Positions 1 to 13,455 of a stretch of DNA of 64,000 nt are shown here, piece by piece (within the stretch, counting starts at the first letter, position 1; the number at the start of each line of letters is the position of its first letter). The stretch is from Octopus sinensis (Eukaryota), in the NCBI RefSeq assembly GCF_006345805.1, contig NC_042999.1, positions 154,132,001 to 154,196,000 of the forward strand, written 5' to 3'. Both the position numbers and the translations under genes were made by a program. The notes beneath the pieces were generated by a model. It searched no databases, was not told the DNA's origin, and saw nothing but the letters and a program-made list of their open reading frames with translations.

Positions 1-117
1 GATAGAATAAGTACTGGGCTTACAAAGAATAAGTCCCGGGGTCGAGTTCCTCGATTAAAGGCGGTGCTCCAGCATGGCCGCAGTCAAATGACTGAAACAA
101 GTAAAAGAGTAAAAGGG
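1..117 (+). mobile_element. 3' end of octopus CORE-type SINE (family A), cut by window edge
   Basis: gatagaataagtactgggcttacaaagaataagtcccggggtcgag...gcggtgctccagcatggccgcagtcaaatgactgaaacaagtaaaagagt is the reverse complement of the 3' end of the full copy at 20324-20778. Confidence 0.9.
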
Positions 118-169
118 AAGGACATAAAAAGTAAATACAGGGAAGAAAAGTAAATACAGGGAGGAAGGC

Positions 170-400
170 CAGTACAGACTTGGTAGAGGGCTTCATTTTG
201 GACACAATGAGTAAGTGAAGGAGAGAAACGAAGGAGTGAGGAATATCCGAACGGAAGTGGAATGAGCCCAGTTGGTTCCAAGAAGCAGAGGCCAACATCA
301 ATCAGTCGAACAACCATTCTTTGGATGCTGACTAAGATGTCTGTGTGTCTAGCAGCACTGTTTGCTCCAAAGAAGAACATCGCTAATATTATTACCAATG
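170..400 (-). pseudogene. Degenerate CR1/L2/Jockey-like LINE ORF2 C-terminal remnant
   Basis: Minus-strand reading GANSAARHTDILVSIQRMVVRLID resembles the post-RT motif (W.GA....LD.IQRRA.RLI) of these clades; frameshifted. Recognised from memory. Confidence 0.45.
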
Positions 401-1509
401 CTATGATTGATGCAATAAATTAAATTCTCTTTCGAGAGAACACATACCATCTTCATTCTTCAACTTATATTTACCTCAAGTGATAAGAAATGAATAAAAG
501 AAAAAGGAAGAAAACAAAGAAGAGAAACAATCTAAAATTAAGACATTGACTTTGTACATTTGAGTTTGAGCATTTACGGTTAATTAATTTTTCCTGTTAA
601 GTAATATTTTTGGAATCAGAATGTGTTGTGTAGGTGTGAATATGTGTAAACTTAAATACATAAACGTACATACACAAAAAAACCTGAAGAAGGTGTTGAG
701 AATTCAACAATGCTGCGCAGATAAATCTTAAGATATAGACACAAGCATAGCTGTGTGGTGAAGAAGCTCACTCTATAATCATATGGTTTCGAATTTGGTC
801 CTATTGCTTGGCATTTTGGACCAGTGTCTTCCACTGTAGACCTGAGACAACCAATGTCTTCTCGGTGAATTTGGCAGATGAAACTGTCTAGATGCACATC
901 ATGTGTGTGTGTGCGTGCGGGCACACTATGTAAAAAGTGCTAGTACCATGTAAAAAGCACCCAGTACACAGTAGAAAGTGGCAGGCATTAGGAAGGGCAT
1001 CTAGCTGTAGAAACCATGCCGAAACAGACTGTGGTACCTGGTGTGGTAGCCAGCTTTACCAGCTCCTATCAAACTGTTCAACATCACACTAGCACGGAAA
1101 ATGGACAATGTGTGTATGCGTGTCTGCCTGTCTCTCCACTGCTTGACAACTAGTGTTGGTCTGTGTAAGAAATAGACACAAGTATAGCTGTGTGGTGAAG
1201 AAGCTCACTCTGCAATCATACGGAGTTTGGTTCCATTGCTTGGCATTTTGGACCAGTGTCTTCCACTGTAGCTCTGAGACAACCAATGTCTTCTCAGTGA
1301 ATTTGGCATCCCTGTAGACTTAACAGCTCAGCAAAAGAGACCACTAGAATACGAATCAGATTCAGGAACTAGGATCAATTTGTTCACCAAAACCCTTCAA
1401 GGCAGCACCCCAGCATAGCCGCAGTCCAATCAATGAAATAAGTAACAGTTAAAAGAAGACAGGCCGTGGCTGGAATTTCAATATACAGTGCTTTGATTTT
1501 AGATTATAC

Positions 1510-1738
1510 CTATTTCTTTACTACCCACAAAGGGCTAAACACAGAGAGGACAAATAAGGACAGACAAATGGATGAAGTCGATTATATCGACCCCAGTGCG
1601 TAACTTGTACTTATTTAATCGACCCCGAAAGGATGAAAGGCAAAGTCGACCTCGGAGGAATTTGAACTCAGAACAGCAGACAAAATACCACTCAGCATTT
1701 CGCCCGACATGCTAACGTTTCTGCCAGCTCGCCGCCTT
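1510..1738 (-). mobile_element. tRNA-derived SINE family B (Deu/Nin-like central domain)
   Basis: Matches 34371-34602 in reverse: A-box-like TGGCAGAAACGTT, B-box GAGTTCAAATTCC, central gactttgcctttcatcctttcggggtcgat. Confidence 0.9.
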
Positions 1739-3128
1739 CATTATACCATTTACACAGGTTGGAAATCTATTCATTCAGATATTGAAGAACCCCACAAGAA
1801 GAATGGTAACTTCATGAAGATACATGAATAGGCATGGCTGTGGAAGGGCCTTGCTTCCCAACCACATATTTCCAGGTTCAGTCCCACTGTGTGGCACCTT
1901 GGGCAAATATCTATTATAGCTTTGGTTCAATCAAAGCCTTGCTAATGGATTTGGTAAATGGAAACTGAAAGAAGCCTGTCTTTTATATTTATATATATAT
2001 CATGTGATCTCGTGACCGACCAGGCTATCAGATGTTGTTACACATTGCTGGTCACAATGTGCTTTGCATTGTTTTAGCCTTCAAATGATTCCACCCTGCT
2101 GGCTAAGCGAGCAGGCCATATTTATATATATATAAAACTGTGTGTCTGTCTGTTGGTCCCCCACTGGAACTTAACCAGTGTTGGTGTTTTATACACTGAA
2201 ACCTAATTATCTTTGATAGATTTTAACAAGATGATGATTCTGTTGGCTTAAGTGGTCTTGAGATTCAGATCTTTCATTAGTTTCGGTTTTACAGCAAACT
2301 GACACCCACCCAAGAATACACCTTCCCTCTTGAGATTTCCTTGAAGAGAGACAGAACAACTAAGATCAGTTTCTACTACTTGACCTTTGTCTGTTAGTCT
2401 GGTTTCCACAAGTATGGTGAGGTTTGCACTGAATTTCATCATCATTTAACGTCTGTTTTCCATGCTGGCAATGGTTTGACTGATGGCTAGTATCTATTAT
2501 TAACAGTCTCTTAAACCGAACCACTAAGTTACAAGGACATAAATAAACCAACACCAGTTGTCAAATGGTGGTTGGGAACACAGGCACAAACGCAATGGAT
2601 TTGTTTCAGTTTCCATCCATCAAATCTACTCACAAGGATTTGGTTGGCCCCAAGGCTATAAAAGACACTTGCCATGGTGCCATGCAGTGGAACTGAACCC
2701 AGAACCATGGCATTGGAAATCAAGCTTCTTACCACTGAGCCACAACTATAATGTATAGACAGCATATATATCAAGCATGCCTTATATATTCTTTAACCGA
2801 CTTATAGAACTGAACACAACTAAGTCACAAAAAGATATTTTCGTTATGACAAAAGTTATAACAATCTACATGACAATACTTTTCCAACTAAAATTCTACC
2901 TGCAATAGGAACACAGTATACAGAGACAGCATCTACTTGTATATTCATGAAGCTGTAATGTCTTCAAAGCCGATAATTTCTGAATTATATAGAGTAAAGA
3001 ACTTCCTATGTTATTGTCACCTGCGTATGTCTAGCGATTGCTAGGTTACGATTTTTTCAAAGATGAAGATAGACTGGTCCTGAATATCTTATCTTTTATC
3101 ATAAACAATACACACAGACATTAACATA

Positions 3129-3166
<38 letters not shown>

Positions 3167-4074
3167 AGCATATGTGCATTAACAAACATAAACACGATAT
3201 GTTTAGGTAAAGGTATATACAAACACACAGCCACATAAACAAATATATAAAGGCACATATATGTTTATATCTATGGAAATGTGTGTGTGTGTATGTATAT
3301 ACACACAGACATCTATATAGACAAACACATATACGTGAACAGACATATTTATAAACACACAAACAAGCATATTAAAGTGCAAGTATGCAAGTTTATACAT
3401 GAGGTTGTGTGTATGTATGTATATGTATATAAATATATATATATATATGTATATTTAGATAGATAGATAGATACGCATACCTGCGTATACACACACACAC
3501 AAGCACATACATAGAGATCTGTTAGATGTAATGAAGAAAAATTAAAAAGATTACCTTGATTCATCAGGAAGAAAAAAATGGTAAATTCTTTGTCTCACAG
3601 AAGAAGCATTTTAAGCAACGTCCAAATAAGTAGTTATTGATGCTAAAATATTTGTAGTTGTGGAAGCTGACAAGTCAATGAAATGAGAAGCAAGAATCTA
3701 GAATTCTAACAGCCACACAGTGGAAGCCAGAATATGAGAGACAACAAGATGAATAACAAAAGAAAAACAGAAGAGACTCCATTTTCTTTAATTATCATCA
3801 CCATGGAAACGGAGGTATGTAATAATGGGAATGGTTAAACTGATTCAAACAATGAAATATGTCTTTCTTTTAAAGGAATTGAAAAATATTAACTTGACAG
3901 CATAAGTTTCCATGGAATTCATATGAAATGGCTGGCACTTATTCTATTGATACATAAAAGGATAAAGTTTAAAAAAAAAAAACAACTCCAGCAGAATCTG
4001 AACTTGGAATCACAATATTTTTTTCATATTGTTCCAATTCTACTGTAAGGTGTACTTTTGAATAATAGAAACAA

Positions 4075-4900
4075 TAATAATCCTTTCTACTATTGGCCCA
4101 AGGGCTGAAATTTTGGGGGAGAGGTTAAGTCAATAACATCGACCCCCTCAGTACTCAACTGGGATTGAATTTAATGACCACAAAAGGCCGAAAGGTAAAG
4201 TGAACCTTGGCAGAATTTGAGCTCAGAATGTAAAGATAAACGAAATACCTATTTTTTTACTGCTCACAAGGGGCTACACACAGAGGGGACAAACGGATTA
4301 AGTTGATTATATCGACCCCAGTGTGCAACTGGTACTTAATTTATCAACCCGAAAGGATGAAAGGCAAAATCGACCTCGGTGAAATTTGAAATCAGAACGT
4401 AACGGCAGACGAAATACGGCTACACATTTTTCCCAGCGTGCTAACATTTCTGCCAACTCAACGCCTAAAGAAGAATAATTTCAAAATTTGGCACAAGGCC
4501 AGCAATTTTAGGAGAGGGAACAAGTTGATTACATCGATCCCCAGTGTTCAACTGGTACTCATTTTAGCAACCCCAAGAGGACAAAAGGCAAAGTTGGCCT
4601 TGGCAGAATTTGAACTCAGAATGTAGACATAGGAAATGCCGTTAAGCATTTTGCCCAGTATGCTAATGATTCTGCCAGCTTGCTGCCCCAAGTGCAATGA
4701 GAATAATCCTTACTACTATAGGCACAAGGCCTGAAATTTTGTGGGGAGGGGGCTAATTGATTACATCGACCCCAGTGTTCCACCAGTACTTATTTCATCA
4801 ACCCCAAGGGAATAAAAGACAAAGTTGACCTCAGCGGAATTTAAAAATATACAAACCCAAAAGAAATGTCACCAAGTATTTTGTTCGATGCATTAGTTAT
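4075..4900 (-). mobile_element. Cluster of 4-5 tandem, older SINE-B copies
   Basis: Repeated cgacccc(a)g...ggtact...gaaaggatgaaaggcaaagt...gaatttgaactcagaa units, same orientation. Confidence 0.85.
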
Positions 4901-5104
4901 TCTGATATCTTCCACAACTTAATACAGCACACTACTAAACCTTTCAATTAATACTACTAGCCCCCCCATACATCCCATAAACCATTCGCATTACAGATTT
5001 ATATCTACCCTAATTGCACCAAATCCAGAACTTCTTACCTCCCTTACACATAATCTTTTTACTCAGGGACTAGTAGACCCAACTCTGTTCGGCAATCGGT
5101 GCGC

Positions 5105-5152
5105 ATTCAAAGCAGTAATCAGTAATTTTACGAAACCGGTATGCCTTTGAAT
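5105..5152 (+). ncRNA. Type I hammerhead ribozyme relic lacking the CUGANGA core
   Basis: Stem I attcaaagca / tgcctttgaat, stem II gtaa..ttac, GAAAC-CG-GTA with palindromic ACCGGT; the CUGANGA box is missing between stems I and II. (TA)n lies 35 bp downstream. Confidence 0.55.
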
Positions 5153-5186
5153 CTCTTTAACAATTCACAATAATGACTTTTATTAC

Positions 5187-5221
<35 letters not shown>

Positions 5222-6289
5222 TTGTATGTGTTGGTCCCCCACCACTGCATGACACCAATGTTGGTGCGTTTATGTCCTGTAACCTAGTGGTTCGGCAAAA
5301 GAGGCCAATAGTCTTGGGGGTTAATTTGTTCAACTAAAGGTGGTGCTCCAGCATGGCCACATTCATGAACCCAGTACAGAGTCATTTCCTATCAAGCAAT
5401 AGTGTATGAAAACAGAAACATTTGAAACGGTGAACAAGCATACTGTAAGACTCATTTCAAGAGTGAAAAAAAACCCATTTTAAGCATAGTTTTTATCAGG
5501 GCAACTGTCGAGGGGAGGGTCATCAGGGTCCCTTAGCTGTGGTGGCAAGGTGTAACTGAATATCACTGTATTTAATGTTCACTTTTGGGTGGAGTTTATT
5601 GGGATAGATCTTCTATGGCTGCATGCAAGGGAATACTTCCGCACTCCAGCTATGCTCAGATATCGTTTTGCCAAATATTAAAAACAAATCACATGTTACA
5701 AATATTCCACAGTGTCAAGACAATGAAACACAAACATACACGGGCTTCTTTTAGTTCCCATCAACCAAACAACTCATGAGGTTTTGATAAGCCAGGTGCT
5801 ATGCAGTGAGACAGAACCTGAAACCATGTGGTTGGAAAACTAACTCTCTAACTACATAACCATGCTTCTGTCTAGTAAGAATGTACTGAATGTCAATACA
5901 TATATATATCTAATCTTTGTGATGAAGTATAGAGCAGTGATACACAACAGCATTCAAGAAGACAAGTACCAGAAGTCCATACCGAAGTTTTGGCAGCCCA
6001 TACAAAGAAAGTTGATGAATCTTCTACATATGACAGATGTGGTTGTGTGATTAAGATGACTGCTTCAAAACCATGTGGTACCTTGGGCAAGTGTATTCTA
6101 TAGCCCTAGTCCAACCAAAATCTTGTGACTCCATTTGGAAGAGAGAAAATAAAAGAAACTCATGGCATATGTGTGTGTGTGTGTGTGTGTGTGCATATTT
6201 ATATATATATATATATTCGAGCAAATGGAAAGTGCTGAGTGGTCAAACATTTAAACCAAATTTTCTTAAAACAACTTGTCCGACTGTCC

Positions 6290-6590
6290 CATAGGCCTCC
6301 CCTTTCAGAAACACTGATTTAACCTAAATTTGAGATACCAGCAAAAGAAGAAATAAAGGTAGACTTTTTTCTATTCCAAGAAAAACGATTTTACAAATGC
6401 GTGTTCCTATGGCTTTATTGATCGCATTCTCACCTGGAATCAATTTTTGTAATTTTTTCAAGACTTTTACAAGCCCTGATACCGTCGGTATCTACATATC
6501 AAATTTGAGCAGAATCAGATGGAGGATGCCCGAGATCCTAGAAGACACACACACACACACACACAGACAGAACAGATTTTATATAATAGA
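6290..6590 (-). mobile_element. Possible non-autonomous Helitron-type element
   Basis: Minus strand begins tctattatatataaaatctgttctgtctgtgtgtg and contains gctcaaatttgatatgtag, a layout typical of Helitron non-autonomous repeats; 3' CTAG end not found. Confidence 0.35.
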
Positions 6591-6866
6591 TATATATTAT
6601 CTTGATCAGTCAACATCCATGCTGGCATGTGTGCGTCTACTTCTTTTGATATCACATGATAGTTGTAAACAAGCATTGTTCATATCCAATCTTTCACAGA
6701 AGGCATATCTTGACAGGGGAATATTAATTTGCCTTGGAACAGGTGAAGGTTGGCAACAGGAAAGGCATCTGACAATAGAAAATCTGCCTCAATAAGTTGT
6801 CAGATCCTTACAAGCAAGCAAAAAAGTGGAGATTAAAACAACGATAAAGATGGGAACAATCTAATG

Positions 6867-7117
6867 CAGTGTTTGTCAACCAGGGCTACCTGGGACCTTA
6901 GGGTTCCGTAAAAGGTTCCTCAAAAAAGAGTGAAAATAAGCCAACACTAATTTCGTGATCCTAATATTACTATACATGCACAACATGTTGGTTATTGTAA
7001 TATACATATCATCCTATCTAACCAATTATGTTATCAAAAAAATATAACAACCATATATATATATATATATATATATCATCCTATCTAACCAATTATGTTA
7101 TCAAAAAAATATAACAA

Positions 7118-7162
<45 letters not shown>

Positions 7163-7449
7163 GGTATGTAGAAAAATACAACATGGACAAGAACGTATAA
7201 CTCTTAGAAGACGATACAATAAACATGGACAGGACATTCGAACCCCTCAGTCTTCAGTCAAGAACCGGATCATCGTAGTAATTTCGGCTGATTATATATA
7301 TATATATATATGTATGATATTTACCATGTGAATTATGATTTTTTAAAAATGAAAGATACGGTATATAAATTTTTTTTGGTGCAGGGATTCCTTGAGACAT
7401 AAAATTTATTTTAAGGGTTACGGAAGGGTAAAAAGGTTTAGAACCAGTG
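6867..7449. mobile_element. hAT-type MITE with nested (TA)n-bounded insertion and local duplication
   Basis: Termini cagtgtttgtcaacc / ggtttagaaccagtg; 8-bp TSD atctaatg (6859) / gtctaatg (7450). Confidence 0.75.
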
Positions 7450-7672
7450 GTCTAATGTTTAAATTAATTGAAATTAAATGTACATGTGTCTTACTAGACA
7501 ATGTATGGTTATTTTTATTATTATTATTATTTTCATTTTAATTCAAATATTTATATCTCACAGTGTTGTTGTATAATGTAATCAGAAGTTAATTTATATT
7601 TGGTGATCCATGAAAATCTCATGGACATTATGGCTCACTCTCTGAAAGAGTTGGTCTATCAATACTGTAGAC

Positions 7673-7958
7673 CAGTGGATCCCAAAGTTGGTGGTATTCC
7701 CCCCACCCCAAGTCTGTGGAAAGTTCCAAGGGTGTTGAAGAAATGTGAAGCGATAATGGGGTGACAATTAATGTAAAAGCAACAATATAATGGGTTCGTT
7801 AGGTTAAGTTTTTTTTTTATTTTGTGAAATACAGTTGCTTTGAATTTGCTTTGCAAAGGTCTATGTTTGTGATGGTTTGGTTAGTTGGGGTGGGGGTGCT
7901 AGAAATGTGGCCTGGGTGTCAAGGGGGGCAGCAGCCCGAAAATGTTTTGGAACTACTA
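7673..7958. mobile_element. hAT-type MITE
   Basis: Termini cagtggatcccaaa / ttttggaactacta; perfect 8-bp TSD ctgtagac at 7665 and 7959. Confidence 0.85.
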
Positions 7959-9812
7959 CTGTAGACTGCAGAAGGATGACTTTACCCAGTACTTCTCAAG
8001 TAGGATCCACATATGATTCTGTTAAAGTTTATGTGCAATAAACTGATTATAACAATACACAAAATATTTTAGCATTATTTTGATACAATTTCTAATAATA
8101 TTTAATTACAAAAATGCCATTTTTTAAAAAACATTGAATGCTTATTAGGGTCCAGTACAGTAAAATAGGCATCAAAGATGTTGGTAGGCAAAAAAAGGGG
8201 GTTGAGAAACCCTGACTTAATCCATAACCTGATTTAACACCACCACCATTGGGTCTTTGGATTACCCCCAGTAGAGCCCTATTTGTAGCTAACATTCAGG
8301 CCAGAACCTCAGGTTGTTGATAATTATTTCTTCCTTTTGTTCTACCAATCACAAAGACCACTCTGGAAGGATCACAAACAGGACCCTTTTTCTTTGAAGT
8401 AAGCCATTCAATAAAGTTTAAAAAAATAAAACAAACAGGCCAGTGCCCTAGCATGACCACAGCTTATGAACTGTAACAAGTAAAAGGTAAGTCAATCTTA
8501 AATACACGAAAATTAATTAGACTTTGCACTAAACTCGGCCAGTTACTTTCAGGTAGAATAACAAAGCAAAAGTTGTCAACAGATTTTTCAAAACAATAGA
8601 TTCCAGCTTAAAAGAAACAATGCGTTTCAGATTTTTTTTTCTTTCTAGTTTTCAACTTTTCTAGAGGAGGTTTAACAACTTTTATTTATAACATGGCCTT
8701 TGTTTTGAATTCTACTCCTCAATCTATGAAGGGGAGGAGGTACGAAAAGACGCCTAGCTTCACGACAGTCTTTCTCTTCATTCCCTAATAAGACTTTTTT
8801 TTCAAGTAAAGAGCAACCAAATCACCCCCAAAATAAATCTTTTCAAAGCACCAACTAATGTGGTTTTAGACAATGACATAGGCGAGCACTGGACTATATC
8901 GAACACACACTTCTGAATTCACACTAACAGCAAACCAACCCAGAGACTGAATAGCTGTATATGTTACTATAGAAGGGCAACCACACATTCACATATGTAT
9001 GTGTGCGTGTGTGTCTTTTATTGGTTACTTATTTGTCATTCGACTGCGCCCATGCTGGGGCACTACCTTGAAGAATTTTTAGTCAAACAAATCGACACCA
9101 GTACTTTTAGTTTTTTTTTAAACACTTAGTACTTATTCTATCCATCTCTTTTGCCAAAACACTAAGTTAAAGGGACGTAAACATAGCAACACCAGTTACC
9201 AAGCGGTGGTGGGGAACAAACAAACACACACGTGCTGCTTTCAGTTTCCAGCTACCAAATCTAACAAGGAAACTCCTGTCCAAGTGTCACGCAGAGGGAC
9301 TGAACCCGGAACCATGTAGTTGGAAAGCAAACTTCTTAGGGGTGAAAATGAGAGTATTTTCACCCCTAATTTTATGTTTTCTACCGATATTAAAACTGTA
9401 GACGATACGTGCTAACATTAATATGAACCAGACATACTATTATTATTGTTATTACTATCGTTATTATATGGAGCAACAACAGACTTCAGGCATCAATCTG
9501 TATGAACAAGGCACACCACGAACATATGGATTGTAAAAAATACAATGAAAAATAGTCGACCAACTTGCATTGAATGGTGATATAAAAACCTGATTGAAGC
9601 CACGAACACATTGCAAATACATACATGGGCACACACCAGAAGCAAGCCGAAACGAAGTCCCTAACAGGCTTTTCATTGAAAAAAGGTTATACATATAAAA
9701 TGGAGGCAGCACACACACTCAACAAGCTAGAAATAGCAGCCAAATTTCCCTATAAACACATCCTGCCAAATAGAAATGATACAGTCCGAGACTGTCTATA
9801 TACCCGGCTTAC

Positions 9813-9916
9813 CCCCACCCCTCAAAAGACGGATGTAATATCTCTGAACGTAAAAAGTCTGCTCGATCAGAAATCGACTGGGGATCATAACAATCGCAAA
9901 AATGTTCCGAGATCTA
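9813..9916 (-). CDS. Candidate exon of the minus-strand gene (uncertain; internal coding or alternative first exon)
   Basis: Strong donor GGG|gtaagc at 9813/9812. One reading from acceptor tttatag| gives ISEHFCDCYDPQSISDRADFLRSEILHPSFEGWG, phase-compatible with the 11779 exon. An alternative ATG at 9888 gives MIPSRFLIEQTFYVQRYYIRLLRGG. Context is CpG-rich and non-repetitive. Confidence 0.3.
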
Positions 9917-10372
9917 TAAATCCAAGCGATTTTGGAGTGGTGCTGGTCTGTAGAGAGGGAGTCCAGGGGCCGCCAATCCACAGACAATATATAAAACTAT
10001 GAGTGGTGATGGTCAATAGAGTTCAGTGACCGACCTACTAACAACAGCAGCTACAACAATATGCCGCGTGGATTATATACGTGCACACGCAGAGCAAGAA
10101 CAGAAACAAGGCAAAGTTTTAGCAGTTTGATGGATATCGAGAAAGTCATTAAAAACAAGCAATTTTTTTTTTTTCAACATTAGAATTATACACACATATA
10201 TAACTGCGAGCGAGATAGAAAGAAAGAGACAGTGTGTGTGTTTGTGTGCAATTTGGTGAATGAGTTTATGAAAAACTAGGAAATGTACTCAATATGTAGT
10301 ATTTGTATATCTTATTAAAAACTGAAGATTAGCGAATTGTTCATTTGACTTTCACGTTGTCGATTATCGGTT

Positions 10373-10413
<41 letters not shown>

Positions 10414-10653
10414 ATATATATATATATATAGCACATACAATTAACGAGTCTGTTAGCAACAATGAGGTTAGCTGCAACTAGCAAAAACTACTCCATACGT
10501 GGAGGGTACAGTTGGAAAACTTGCTTAATATGGAAAACTCTTAAAATTTCGAAGAATTTTCTTTATCTAACACTCAAATGCTGAATTAACTGTAGATTTC
10601 GTTCAAGAGCCTACGTTTTCAGTACGGGGTACTTATTGTTTGAAGTTACTTAA

Positions 10654-10709
<56 letters not shown>

Positions 10710-11360
10710 AGGGAGAGAAAGAATTGTATATTTAAAAATAACAACAGGAGTAAAAACAAACTACATGGGAGTAAGATTAATTTATCTATTCCAACGTCGT
10801 CGGTACTCGGAGTTCCTGACTTTCGGAATCATCTTCTGTATCATTTAAGAGGGTAAACGAAGAACCGAGTAAGCGGCGGAGTTGAATTATCAACTTGTAA
10901 AGAATGTGTGCGTGCGTGGTGCGCGCGCACAGATTCGACAAAAGATCGAATTCTAGACCCATAGATTGATAGCTGATTGATGAATGGCACACAAACGTGC
11001 ATGTACACGCTACATATATATATATATGCATGCATGCGTCTGTGCACGTGTTTCTCCATCAAATTTTTGCATGTGTCTATGCACATGCTTTATTATGAAA
11101 CATATTTAGTGTATATTTATCACATAGAAAAATACTTGGGTAAGCAAAGCAAATTAAATGAATTTCCAACTAACTTAACCACAGTAGTGATGCTCTAGTA
11201 TGGCCACAACCCTTAGGCTGGAAATAAAAAAGCAAACACGTATCACCACTTCAGTTTATATATATATATAATATAATTAAAATGTACATACATAATGTAT
11301 ATATACATTTTATGTATATTATAATATGATTGAACGCCACGCATCTATTTCCAAGTTTAT

Positions 11361-11410
<50 letters not shown>

Positions 11411-11778
11411 ATAATGTGTGTGTGTGTGTTAGTGTTACTATTATATAATTTAACAGAAGTTTTAATTCTACTGTTCTACGGAACTTTCATCTGCTATTAC
11501 GTTATTTTACTCTCTGTTCTGTATTGAGTACTTTTTCTCGTGTCCGTAATTGCACAAACTTACATTCTCGTAATTAATATACTAATAGTAGTATATAGAT
11601 GTGAGTGCGCGCGCGAGATACGTGAATTTGTAACTAAGTGACTTGATCTTTCTGTAATGTTTTTTTTGTTTGTTTTGTTTCTTGTTGTTTTTTTTTCGCT
11701 TTCTTAGTTCAGACAGACATTTATTTATTTATTTATTTATTTATTTAAAAAAAAAAAAAAAAAAAGCCATTTCCTCAC

Positions 11779-11847
11779 CTTGATATCTTTTTCTAAGATC
11801 GCAGCCGATGGCCTCCGCGTTCGACTTAACATCGGAACTAAAGACAT
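11779..11847 (-). CDS. Candidate first coding exon, 23 aa MSLVPMLSRTRRPSAAILEKDIK, of an unidentified gene
   Basis: ATG at 11847 with upstream in-frame TGA; phase-0 donor AAG|gtgagg; CpG-rich, repeat-free, preceded by UTR-like sequence; contains an RRPS basic-kinase consensus. Confidence 0.55.
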
Positions 11848-13130
11848 GTCTGTTGGTCAGATTTATTTGTTAACCGCAAAAAAACAATAAAATAAAATGG
11901 CACCGGCACGGAGAGAAGACGGGAGGCAAAAGTATAGAGTAAATCTATGAGTATATATATATATATATATATATTTATATAAATATATATATATATATAA
12001 GTATGTGTATATGAGAAGAAAGGAGCTTGGTCCTTGCACTGGTAGAGCAACCACGCTCAGGTCGTTTATATATCCACACACATGACGATGACACTGTGTA
12101 TGGAGAAGTGAAAAGACTGGAGTTTCAAAGGCATGGACCGACTCGATGTGAATGAAGAGAAAGAATATCTCTCGTTGAAGTTGTTAACAGTTGTAAGTCC
12201 CCTTACAGTCAATACTACTGCTGCTGCTGCTGTTGTTAAGAAATACACAACTCAATTAGAAACCCCCCCTCTCTCTCTGTCTTTCTCTCATTCACTCTAT
12301 CGCCCACTCTTTAAAACATTCACTCAACTAATTCGATAACTCTCTCTCTCTCTCTCTCTATCTATCACCCACATACTCTCATCTACTAATTAAATCTTCC
12401 TCTCTTTCTCTCACACACACACACACACAATCACTCTCTCGCTCACAAATACAATCACTCCCTCTCTCTTACACACTTACTCGCTCACACTTTCACACAC
12501 ACACACACACACTTACTCGCTCACTCACTCTTTCATACACACACACACACACACACTTACTCTCTCACTCTTTCATACACACACACACACACACACTTAC
12601 TCTCTCACTCTTTCACACACACACACTTACTCTCTCACTCTTTCACACACATTCACTAATTAAATCTCTCTCTCTCCCGCGCTATTGTCTATCTCTCCTC
12701 CTCTCTCACTGCTTAAGGGCGAGTCACTCCATCGACTCACAAACATAAATCCTAACAGCAAAGTAACAGGATCAGCGAAGTCAGTAGTAACGTGAACAGC
12801 CGTTTATAGCAGTAAATGACTATTTTCTGAAGGGTTCACCCTCCTCCTACACACAAGAGTTGTTGGCTTATTTTCTTTCGTACTGTATTTTTTTCTTTTC
12901 TTTTCCATCATTCGCCCACCACTTTTCATTCATCGGAATCCGATGGTGAATATTGCATAAGGATATCGGACCCAACGAGCATAAATTGGAGGGAGTTAAG
13001 AAAGCAGTCAAACGATACGGAAATGTGTTCATAATAACGAAAAATTAGCGATGTAAATCGAATAGTGTTTATATAAACAATGCCTTTAGATAATTAAATG
13101 GTCGTTAATTCAATTATTAGAGTCTCGTTT
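11848..13130 (-). promoter_or_regulatory. Putative 5' UTR and promoter region with (CT)/(CA) compound repeat (12330-12680)
   Basis: SINE-free, CpG-retaining sequence directly upstream of the candidate ATG exon; TSS not locatable by eye. Confidence 0.4.
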
Positions 13131-13223
13131 CGTAATGTTGTTGAATGCGCCTCTCAGCTTTTGTTTAAGTTATGGATATGAAACAGGACTACTAATATAA
13201 GTTTCCCAAACAACTGGACAGAC

Positions 13224-13455
13224 CAGTAATTCTCAACCAGGGTCCATATGACCTGGGGAGGGGGTTCCGTGTAGGATTTTGTAAAATTTATGCGCAAAAA
13301 CTGTTTTACTTCTACAATGCTCAAAATATTTTAATTTTTTTTTTTATTTAATTCCAAATAATATTTAATTACAGAAATATAATAGGATTTTTTTTTTATG
13401 AGGGTCCGTCCAAATTAGGAATCGAAAGTCTTTTTTAAATGGTTGAGAAACACCA
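13224..13455. mobile_element. hAT-type MITE
   Basis: Termini cagtaattctcaacc / ggttgagaaacacca; TSD ggacagac / agatagac (6 of 8). Confidence 0.7.

Noticed and set aside
3555-3815. Donor-like sites on both strands (AAG|gtaatc minus, GAG|gtatgt plus)
   Set aside because: No sustained open frame with a matching acceptor.
7225-7262. CTGAAGA...GAATGTC on minus strand in a TA-bounded insert
   Set aside because: Lacks GAAA and stem I pairing; may be a decayed or variant motif but cannot be supported.
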